Source of the DNA: Penicillus capitatus
Lineage: Eukaryota; Plantae; Chlorophyta
Length of the DNA stretch: 64,000 nt
Assembly (NCBI GenBank): GCA_965649825.1
Contig: OZ287694.1
Coordinates: 1,735,197-1,799,196, forward strand
Direction: 5' to 3'
The position numbers were made by a program, and so were the translations under genes. The notes beneath the pieces were generated by a model. It had not been told where the DNA came from, did not search any database, and saw only the letters and a program-made list of their open reading frames with translations. How positions within the stretch are numbered: the stretch's first letter is position 1; each line of letters begins with the position of its first letter. This document shows, piece by piece, positions 1 to 10,047 of this stretch.

Positions 1-3000
1 CTGCACATTCGACCTTTCCCGTCTGGAACCGCTTCACTACGGTGCCGTCGCCAGACAAGATGTTTTCACACAGCGGAAGCGAAATTCGAGAAGGCAGCGA
101 AGACATTACGCAGCCACTTCACGCGCACGAGGATGGCAGCGACGAGGATCTTGAGATGACGCATCTGGCAACAAGAGAACCGACAGCAGGTGACTAGCAA
201 ACTGGCTGTCTCTTTCTTCTCACGTGGCATGGTGCTACTAAGCGGCCTGTGTTTGTCCAGAACACCATGATGGCTCCGTCTGCGACGAAGAGACACTTGT
301 TTTTAAAGAGCCTTGGAAGTGGACGATCGAGAAAACGAGACGGTGAACAGTGTTTGGCTTCTTAACGAATCTGATGCTGTGTTCGATGGACAGAGCGATT
401 TCCGACTACGGAACCAGGGTATTGAGAGCAGTCGACAACACTTATCAGCCAGTTCTCTGGCGTTTGATCAAGAAAGATAAACACGAACCGGCGGCGGAGC
501 TTCTCCAGTTTGCAAAAGACAACCAAATCCTGGTGACATTCAGGAGTGGAAACGACGACCTTCTGTCGTGGGCGATCGAAAACAAACCCGTCGACAGTGT
601 CAGATTCATTGTGGACAAACTGGTGGAGGGATGCACTTCGCTTGAAGAAACGTGCTACCTTCTCAACCTACACTTCCACAAGCTGGTGCGACAGTTTCCG
701 GATCTTATGTGGGATTACTTGCACAAGGACAAGTTCACCTTCGAATACGCCAGATTCAGCATACCCAAGCTTCCCTATCGCATCAAGAGTGGATACCTGG
801 CTGGATTGTTCACCGATTATCGATTGAAAGACTGGAACACAGCAAACCACGATGAAGCAAAAATGTTTTGGTCCCCCTCGTTCGAAGGTCGGAGAGGAAG
901 GAGAAGCTACGGAATGCTTGCGGGCAGCACTTCTCTAGCTGACATGAGATCGATGGACACACAGATAGCGGCCGTTGCAAAGTTCTTCTGCATCAGCTAC
1001 GGCGGAAGCCAAACGGTGCCGGGGTAGACGCTTGAAGATCATCCTCTTATGTTATTACTCTTCTGTGTGCAGGTGGGATGGCGAAACCCTCGCAACTGTT
1101 CTCACGCGTTCCGACAGTCCGGTCAAGATTTACGAATCCGAGACAATCAGGGCGCTGACATTCTCCTGGCTTCAGACATATCTTCCTTTGCTTATGATAC
1201 TCCTTTTGTTAGATATGTTGGCCACCTCAACCTTTACAGGATTCGCTCTAGTCTTCGGACACGAAGACCAGCCCAATCGTGCGACTGCGATCATACTGTT
1301 GTCCACGACGCTCATATCACACGGCATTGGATTGTACTTTTGGACATCGGTTCTGAGGTAGAAGATCAGTAATGATGCACCGAATCGCAACGTATTGCGT
1401 GATTCGAGGGTCTGCACATTGCTGCTCACACTTGTGCTTCTGCCACAAGTCTGCCTTATTGATCATCAGAACACGATCACTGCTTTCCAGACATCTCTTT
1501 TATGCGTCCTCCATTGGATGATGGTACTCTCTCACGCATCCCTTCTGACAGCACTAACAGCTTGTTTGCGATCTGCAGATTTTTCGTTCTTTCCGAGCAT
1601 TCAGGCGGACAGGCCCGTTCCTTTCGATGGTCGGCTATGCTCTTAACGATTCTCTGCCTTTTCTGCTGATGGGATTGATTCTGATGCTTGGCTACTCGAC
1701 AGCATTCGTAGTGCTCTACGACGACAGATTCTTCAAAGATGAGGAATTGGGCTTCAATTCCATTCCACGAGCCCTGGAGACCCTCCTCCATGCCTCTGTC
1801 GGGAACTTTGACGAAGACGTGTGTTTGACCGCCGCCACCCTGCTATTGAGTTTCAGTCTAACTGACGTGTTTACCTGACAGATGCTTCGTTCATCGAGCG
1901 GGTTTCTCGCTGTCTGGAGATCGCTGCTGTTCAGTTCCTTCATCTATGTCGGCGGGATTGTACTCATGAGCTTGCTGGTCGCTGTATTGACGGATACGTA
2001 TGACAGAGTTCGATCGAAGGAGGGAGCAGAACTGAAAAAGCGCCAGATGAAGCTCATTTCCGGATTTCAAACTTCGCTGAGATGCATCCTTACTGGACGC
2101 AGAAGCCAGTAAGTGCATCAGCTGTCAACGATTGCTCACCAGATCCGTTTGCCTGAAGAAGGAAAGAAATCTTCGTTCCAAACGTCGTCGGATTACCAGT
2201 TCGGAGAATAACTGATCATCTTTTCCTTCCCTACTTCATTACCCGATCATCGACTGGAAGGTACTTTCATTACTTGGCACCAGAAAACAACGAGGAAGCA
2301 TCGACCAATGAAGAATGGCAGGGCAGACTAGCAGAATTTGAGAAAGTCATCAAAACGTAAGCGTTAGAAAAGGACAGAACCTCACTGACAAGTTTCTTGG
2401 ACAATCGACTTAGTGTGCACTCCGAACGAATGATGGAACTGATGGCAATGTGTTCAGAAACTGCATCTCTGGTTCACAAAATGGCACATCAATTGAATGA
2501 AACGGAAAGCTGGAAGAAGAATATGGAAGAAAGAATGGACAAGATGGAGGCATCTATAGCCCAAGTTCTGCAAAAACTGGATCCAGCTGGAACATCTGCC
2601 GAATGAAATCGTCTCATAATCATTCGACTATCTTTTCAGCACAAATTCTCATTTGAAGGTACCTGGACTCGTACGAACAAGCGAGACGGGTTAGCAAACG
2701 ACAGTTGTAACGCACTCTGTTGGGAACGTGCTGTAAATGCTGGTCTGTTCATAGACTGACTGGTGTGTTCCTTATTGCCTTATTCTTACAAAACTGTTCT
2801 CTGCATGCACCAGTCGACAGACGTGATTATTCGTCATTCTGCTCCATTGAGAGGAAACGGTCAGTAGTAAACGAACATCTGCATTGTCAGTTAGTGCTTT
2901 TTTGCGAGAAGATGCAGAGTGCGCGCTGACGACGACAATGTTCAGGTTGGTCTATCGAATGGACACTTTTCGCTGTCGTCTAAATTGCCATCTCTGGTTT

Positions 3001-3060
3001 ACGGTCTTCTTATGAGGCCGATCGTTGATTCTCGTGTTAGCAAAGCACTCAGAACACAAG
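1..3060. repeat. Segmental duplication arm, inverted partner of about 56150-62460
   Basis: TRP-A plus downstream element are collinear with TRP-A prime in reverse orientation, apart from the LINE. Confidence 0.85.
60..2606 (+). CDS. TRP-like cation channel 'TRP-A' (multi-exon; C-terminal tail interrupted by an in-frame stop, possible pseudogene)
   Basis: Spliced reading from ATG at 60 (MFSHSGSEIREG...). Contains an ankyrin-like segment, S4-S5 linker TGPFLSMVGY, pore FNSIPRALETLLHASVGNFD and S6/TRP helix LMSLLVAVLTDTYDRVRSKEGAE. Introns are ~50-nt GT-AG. TAA at 2358-2360 aligns to Glu of the paralog at 56589-62402. Confidence 0.8.
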
Positions 3061-3393
3061 TGTCTGTGAGACAGAGAATGAGGCGACAGCCGGAGTGTTG
3101 ATAAAAAGACGATCATCGATCATTATTCATGACTTCTGTTTTTTGTCGATGACTGCCTTGCATTTTCTCGAGCTTGTGGTCACGCTATGCGTGGTACTAG
3201 CCTACAGGAATGCATCTCGAAAGACACGTCGCTATCATGAAGGACCCATGTGGCAGCCGGCCGGCAGTGTAGCAGTACTTGACGAGACGTTGGCACGCGG
3301 AATTAAAGTTTGTTGTTTTAAAGCCAGTCCACCGTTGCGTTTTTCGCGACTTCGTTTTTGAAGACCGACACAAGCGCTTCGTCTTTTGGCAGC

Positions 3394-5869
3394 ATGGCTT
3401 CGAGAAACGGCAGCAGGAGTGAGATTTCATCCGCGCCTCTCTTGGGACAGGAGCATTCGGCAGGCATCGAGATGACGCGGTGGACGGCCACATCATCAGC
3501 AGCAGCAAACGGTGCGTCGACAACGGAACAGCAATCGTTGCTCTGCATTCCACATCAGAAGACGCGATGTTGAAATCCGGACCCCTTTCTGCAGGTGTCG
3601 CAGCAAGAAGCACCGGTTCCTCGGCGAATCCGGAGGAAAAACGTCCGACGAAATGGACACCTGGGCTAACGCAACAGTGCGCGTCTTCCGGCTTTACAGT
3701 GTCAGCGACGGTGCTGTGTGTTGGGCAGATTCATGTTGCAGTACGGTGGATGCATGATGGATGTCGTCGATGAGTACGGAGAACCCTTTTTCTGGGCTGC
3801 CATCAAAAAGGGTCAACTCGACTGCGCAGGAAAGATCGTCGATAAAGCAAAGAAGGAAGGCGCTCCAGTGAAGTTCCGACACGAAGACAGCGATCTGCTG
3901 GAATGGGCCATCGACCATGACGCGAACAGGGAAGTCAGATTCATCCTTGAAAAATTGGCGGAGAAATATGCGTCTGTCGAAGAAACATGCCTTCTACTAG
4001 AGACCCACTTGCAGGCCATTGGTGAGAAGTTCCCGAAGCTGATGGGCGACTTCTTGAAGCGGGATCGCTTTACCGTGGAGTACGCCAGATTCCCAGTACA
4101 GCGGTCGGTGTTTAACAGAACCGACGGACTTCCCGTTGCCATGATCGTCCGAAAGAAACTGGATAGCTGGGAGGGGATGGGCAGCGAACAGGCACAGCGT
4201 CTTTGGACCGAGAACTGCGCCAAGAGAGATATGAATCTCCGCGACACGTCTGACATCCAAGTCACGGCCGTTGCCAAGTTCTTCTGCATCGGACAATCCA
4301 CTTACAGTCGAAAAGCACGGTCCCATCCAAACATGTAAGCCACCCGCCCGCCTATTGAGATTGTTTGTCCGTAGGAAGCAGCAGCATCTCTGTCAATGCC
4401 TCATCGAGAACCTCCCAGTGTGGGCATTCGAATCTGAGACGCTGAAGGTCATGACGGAGTGGTGGTTTCGTTTCTTCCGCACGAAGTATTGGCTAAACAC
4501 TGCGATGGATTGCCTATCGACTGCGGCGTTCACTGGCTTTGCTCTGCTCTATGGAAAAGACATGTTCAGTGGCGTCGCAGATCAGGTGGTTTGTATTGGA
4601 CTAATGGTCTTGGCATTTGCAGCGGAGCTGGTAGGAAACATCTACTACCACTCACTCTTGAGGCAAGTATCGCATCATTCATCCAGATCGAGGTGGCAAT
4701 GTGCAGGTTGCTGATTATGATCATTGAAGTGATGCTCCTTATTCACGCCATTATACGGGATCATCATACTGTGTCGTCTGCATGCTGTTCATCGATCACG
4801 TGCATTCTTCGATACACATTGGTACTTTCTACCAACATCTCGTGCACTCAATGTGTTGCTCTATGCCTTCTAGCTGTTTCGCGCCTTTCAGTCGGTCAAC
4901 CGCACGGGTCAGATTATATCAATGGTGAATTCGGCAGTGTTGGACTCTCGGAGCTTCTTGGTATTGGGCGTCCTGATCATCTTTGGCTATAGCGCAGCAT
5001 TCGCTGTGCTCTTCAAAGATCACTTAATTGATGAAGAAGGAAAGCATTTTACGGCTCTGCCGCGTGCTTTCGAGACACTCACCTACGCATTCACTGGGGG
5101 TTTCGAAGTGGATGTACGTTGCCATCCATCCGCTCCCATCTCTTGTGATCTGTTGATGCAGATGTTTCGATCATCGAATGACTTTCTTGTCATCTGGGCT
5201 GCCTTTCTGTTCGGTTCTTTCATCTTCATCGGACCCGTTGTGCTTCTCAACCTGCTCGTTGGTATTCTGACAGACACATACGACAGAGTTAGATCAAGCG
5301 AGAAAGCAGAGTTGACGAGGCTACGAATGCGCATCGTAGCCAAATTCCAAGAACAGTCCAATTCGATCATACACGCAGCAAAAGTGTGCGTCTATCAAAG
5401 ATGCAACAGAAACTCGAACCGTTAGCTCAACGCTTGTGTTGCATGGCAGGACGCAACGTGCCAAAGACTTCGGCATTCTCAAAAACGAAGATTTGCGTGA
5501 GAGCAGTGAAATTTTGGAGTGTCTGGACGGGACGTATTTCCATTTTCTGGTGCCTGCCAACGACGAAGAAGGTGAAGTTGACAATGAAGAATGGGAGGGT
5601 AGACATATGTCGCTGAAGAGGACCATCATATCCGAGGCACAAAAGAACGAGAGAGTGTCGAAGGGTGAGTGAGGTCCACCCACGTTCAGCAGCACGAGCT
5701 TTCGTCGTTGGCAACGTCATGTGCTGTGCGTGCAGAGAATTCGAAGAATCTGGCAGACAAGTTGGAGAACATGGAAGGGCGACTGGAGAAAATGGAAAGG
5801 TCCATCGATCGTTTGCTGACCGCTGTCGAGCAGAACCGTCCACAGCCACTGTCCCTCGGATCATCCTGA
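3394..5869 (+). CDS. TRP-like cation channel 'TRP-B' (apparently intact, multi-exon)
   Basis: Ankyrin-like VDEYGEPFFWAAIKKGQLDCAGKIV, pore FTALPRAFETLTYAFTGGFE, S6 LLNLLVGILTDTYDRVRSSEKAE, then YFHFLVP..EEWEGR and a coiled-coil tail. Exons join in frame across short introns. Confidence 0.85.
4663..4706 (+). other. GC-AG intron in TRP-B
   Basis: AG|GCAAGT donor and TGCAG acceptor at the same position and phase as GT-AG introns in the paralogous TRP genes; splicing restores the frame (SLLR|LLIMII). Confidence 0.7.
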
Positions 5870-6084
5870 AGCGACCCACTGTTGACATTCGTAGTTTTTT
5901 TCGTATTTTCTACGGCACGTCGCAATGAGTGTATGATGGATAAATGCACTAGAATCGGCATGCCCTTACCGCCTCTGACCACACCACTCCATCGTCTATC
6001 GTGACGCGACAAGACTTGTCGAGACGGAGTGGAATGGGCGGTGGCTTGTATCGTTTTTATTGAAAATGTGATTAGAGTGCAGCT

Positions 6085-6396
6085 TTAGCGCTGTGCTCGT
6101 TTCGACATAAGATGCTTCTTTGTATCGTACATCTTGTTACAAATGTATATGATGTCGTTCCGGCAGTTGTTTGCTTCTTTTGAGCAAAACAAAGCACGAT
6201 CTCTGAACGTATCGTTATTCCAGCAGGGAAGCATGTACCAATGACCGTTGTTGCGATCAGATTTGTCATGGACGATGTCATTCGCCTTATGTACAAGTCC
6301 ACTGTCCCATCTACGATTCGTCTTAGCTTTCCTGCCTACAAACACCGCCTCGACAGTGATGGTCCATTCGTCCTGTCCCACTGTCCGATGCGCCAT
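6085..6396 (-). CDS. Orphan ORF, unknown function
   Basis: 103-aa open frame with protein-like composition (WDSGLVHKANDIVHDKSDRNNGHWYMLPCW); no family recognised. Confidence 0.2.
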   Translation of the reverse strand: MAHRTVGQDEWTITVEAVFVGRKAKTNRRWDSGLVHKANDIVHDKSDRNNGHWYMLPCWNNDTFRDRALFCSKEANNCRNDIIYICNKMYDTKKHLMSKRAQR

Positions 6397-6741
6397 TTCT
6401 GCCGTATCGTTAACAATGTCGCTCGAATCGCTCGAAAAGTGAATCGGTTAAGGAGTCCGTCAGATCTCCTAGATACGAACAGTGATGTTCTTTACTTCTC
6501 TGATGTGACTGACGAGCTGCTGCTTTGAAAACACTCGACTGTGGAATGCAACTCGAAAGACACGTCGCTATCATGATAGATCCACGGGTCAGCCGACCGA
6601 CAGTGCGGCAGTACTTAATGAAACGGTTATAGCATAAATGCGCTGCGGAATCCGAGTTTGTTGTTTTAAAGCCAGTCCACCGTTGCGTCTTTCGCAACTT
6701 CCTTTTTGAGAACCGGCACGAGTGTCTCGTCTTTTAGTGGT

Positions 6742-7140
6742 ATGGCTTCGACAAAGGGCAACACTAGCGAGGCTTTATCAGAACCTCTGCTTCGGGGACA
6801 GGAGCATTCGACGAGCATCGATGTGAAACAGTGGACGACGGCGACGTCATCGGCGGCAGCGAACGGTGAGTCGACAATTGCAACAGCACTCTTTGCTCTC
6901 GCTATTTCAGCGTTCGAAGACGCGACGTTTCTATAGATGCCCTAGAAAGACGCAATGACTCGTTCACGAATCTGGTGGCAAAACGTCCGACGGAATGGAG
7001 GACGGCGCTGACGCAACAGTGCGCATCCTTTCGACTTTGTAGTGTCAGAGACATGTTGTGTATTATTGGGCAGATTTATGTTGAAGTGCGGCAGAGGCAT
7101 GATGGATGTCGTCGATGCGGAAAGAAAACCTTTTTTCTGA
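6742..7140 (+). pseudogene. 5' fragment of a TRP-B paralog
   Basis: Duplicate of the TRP-B upstream region and first exons (MASTKGNTSEALSEPLLRGQEH). It ends at MDVVDAERKPFF* where TRP-B has PFFW (TGG to TGA), and similarity is lost afterwards. Confidence 0.8.
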
Positions 7141-7693
7141 GAAGGTCAAGGACGTTGCTTGCATTCAGACGCGTCTGAGCGGAGTGTGGGCATCTAATTC
7201 TAGAGAGTACAATCAGTAATGAAGACACTATGAGTCAAATGCCGTTCAGGTGTGCCTACTGTTGCTCTGCTACACTTTCCTTGCCTCAGAACAATGAACC
7301 AACTTCATCTTACTCTCTCTCCAGTAAAACGAACTCAGTTGATCGAAGCCATTTTAAGACGATCTTCGATGTGTGGCACATTGTCACGTCACCTTGTGTC
7401 TTGTCCTCGCTTACCGTTGCGATTGAGGCATACCGTGGCGTGTGGATTGTGTTTATGTGAGATCAGTTAGTTAGTTAGTTCTTTATGTTGACGATAGATT
7501 TGTTGTTTTGTTTTATTGTCAGACTGAACTCGTCGCCTGTCGAACGCCACAGTGAAGACGCCGTAGTCGTGCAATCTGTGTGAAAAAATGAGGAGACCTT
7601 AAGAAAGAGCCGTTATTATGATCTGCGTCTGTCACTGTAGAGATGAAGGACAGCTGACAGACGGCTACACTGTAACAACGCGCGGGAGACATG

Positions 7694-7716
7694 CTAGCTT
7701 CCGGGTCACGTCAGAA
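7694..7716. promoter_or_regulatory. Conserved upstream motif shared by both serpin genes (contains TGACGTGA on the minus strand)
   Basis: CTAGCTTCCGGGTCACGTCAGAA is identical to the reverse complement of 33339-33361 while flanks differ; ACGT/bZIP-type core. Confidence 0.35.
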
Positions 7717-7844
7717 CCGGGCTACAAAAACACCTGTCGCAGTGGTTATCCGTCCTCGTAAGCCATTCGTTCCGCGACGGAATTTTCTCCAAATTCGCCT
7801 AGGAAGAATACACTCGTGGATATCTGCAGCAAATCGTTTTTACC

Positions 7845-9050
7845 ATGACGGCGGCGAATTCGGTGAACGTCTTCGGGCAGAAGCTCCTGTCGGAGTGGCG
7901 ACAGCAGCACGTCGGCGAAAACCTTATCTTCTCTCCCTTGTCCATAGCCGCATGCTTCCTCCTCGCTCACAACGGCGCTCGCGGCAGGACAAAGACCGAA
8001 CTCGAGACGCTATTCAACTTTGATGTGCGTACGCTTTCCCTGCCGTACGAGTGTGCTGAGGACGCGTGTCTAGGATGAACGCGTCAGAAGCGACCTCATG
8101 TCCAAACTGACGAAGTACTCCGGCGACTCCGTGGCGAAGATGGCGAACCGCATCTACGTCGAAGAGTCGCTGACCCTCGAGGACGCCTACGTGTCGAGCA
8201 TCGGGTCGGACAACATTGGATTGGCGGATTTCGTTCGATCCGCCGAAGACGTCCGCGTCCGAATCAACGCGTGGGTCAGTTCGAAAACGGCGGGGCTGAT
8301 TCCGAATGTCATTCCGCCCGGAGCTCTCTCGCCCGATATGGTCCTGGTCGCTGTCAACGCCCTCTACTTCAAGGGCAGCTGGGAGACGCCTTTCCCTAAA
8401 CAAAGGACAGAACACGACATCTTCTACGCAGTCAGTGGCAACCAGAGGGTGCCCTTCATGTCGATGTACGGTGAAAGTTTTCTCATCAAGGAGGTGACTG
8501 CGTTGGACGCCCTTCTGTTTGCCATGCCGTACGAGGGCGGTGCATTCACGATGTACGTCCTGCTGCCGAACAAGCGCGACGGATGGAAGACAGCAGAAGA
8601 GGGTCTATCGGATCACATCGGCTCACTGTTTGACGGCGGTTCCGTCTATCGGGAAGTCGACCACCTTAAAGTGCCCAAGTGGGAAATGGAACAGACGCTC
8701 GATTCGATCAGCGACATGCTTGTCAAACTCGGTCTGTCGACTGCCTTGTCGACAGAGGCGGATTTCTCTGGAATCACACGGGATGCGCCGTTGGCGGTCT
8801 CTAAAGTCATTCACAAAGCCAAGATCATTGTGGACGAAGAGGTCGAGCGAGATTTTGTTACACCTGTGATGTATGAAGTTGCTTGTAGGGTACGGAAGCG
8901 GTAGCGGTGACGTCCTTCGAAGTTAATTGTACGTGTGCAGCAGTCCGTCCTCCTCCGTATAACATCACTGTCGACCGTCCTTTTCTCTACTTCATCGTCG
9001 ACAAAGCAGACAAGACCATTCTCTTCCAAGGAACGCAGACACAGATCTGA
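7845..9050 (+). CDS. Serpin 1 (three exons)
   Basis: NLIFSPLSI, NALYFKGSW, SKVIHKAKIIVDEE|GTEAVAVT hinge and VDRPFLYFI. Introns at about 8025-8073 and 8842-8888. RCL TSFEVNCTCAAVRPPP. Confidence 0.93.
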
Positions 9051-10047
9051 TAAAGATGGTGAAGCGCACTGATCAAAAGCCCGTTGTTGAGAGATGTTGC
9101 TGTTTTCGATGTCTCCAGATTGCACGCAATCTTGCTTTAATGATTGTCACACCGTATCATAAACCAGTCCTTTCATCAGTGGCAGATGTTTTGGTCGATA
9201 GATCGACGCTTTAATTCTCAGACATGAGCCACATTAGAGTACGACGCCCGCACCAGGACGCACGCCGATACAGAGGAAACGGCGTTTCCTTCAAAAGATT
9301 TGCTTTGACCTTGACGACACAGTCCCTTCATCACTATTTTGCTCTCTCCAGCTCTTTGAGCGGAGAGATGCACAACAGAGGGACATAGTCTGCACAAATA
9401 CAGAGCAGCGTTCCGCCCTCTGGGGCTTTGTTTGGAGACAGAGGGATTGCCTATTGAGCGACGGAAGCAAAGTACATCGCGTAGAACTTCGCATCACCAA
9501 TGAACTCAGAGTGCAGCGCGATGTAAAACCATCGGCGCAACGCTTGAAATACGAATGGTCACAGCAGTCGCATCTCTGCCTACGAGCTCTCAATATACCT
9601 CTCTACAGGATCGAATCAGTCTTCATTCAGCATGCAGCGATGGATGGAACTCGCAGAGGTCTTGATTAACTAACGGGAGATCCGGTGACGGCATTGCGCA
9701 TACGCTCCACTCAGACAACGCTCGCGCACATTACCACAAAGAACTGATTGCCCTTCGTTCGTTTCTTTCCCAGGTAATATCACTAAGGATTCGTGTGGCG
9801 GATGTTTTCACCGTGAATAATGCAAGAAACAATGAAATAGATGACGACAAGGAATCTAATGGGAAGCTATTCCGATGTCTTAATCAGCAAAGCGAAAAAT
9901 GCGATCATGCTATTGGACACTGTCAGTAACAGCTTTCCAAGGAACACACAAGCTTAATAAAGGAAATGCAGAAAGAGAGAAAGACATCGGAGTAAGGTAG
10001 ACTGGTATGCATGGCTAGGATTCGTCCAGATCGAAGTTGGTTCAAGG

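Noticed and set aside
2358-2360. In-frame TAA as evidence for the TAR=Gln code of some ulvophytes
   Set aside because: It aligns to Glu (GAA), not Gln. TAA and TAG end the serpin and MFS genes at homologous positions, and long ORFs have no internal TAR.
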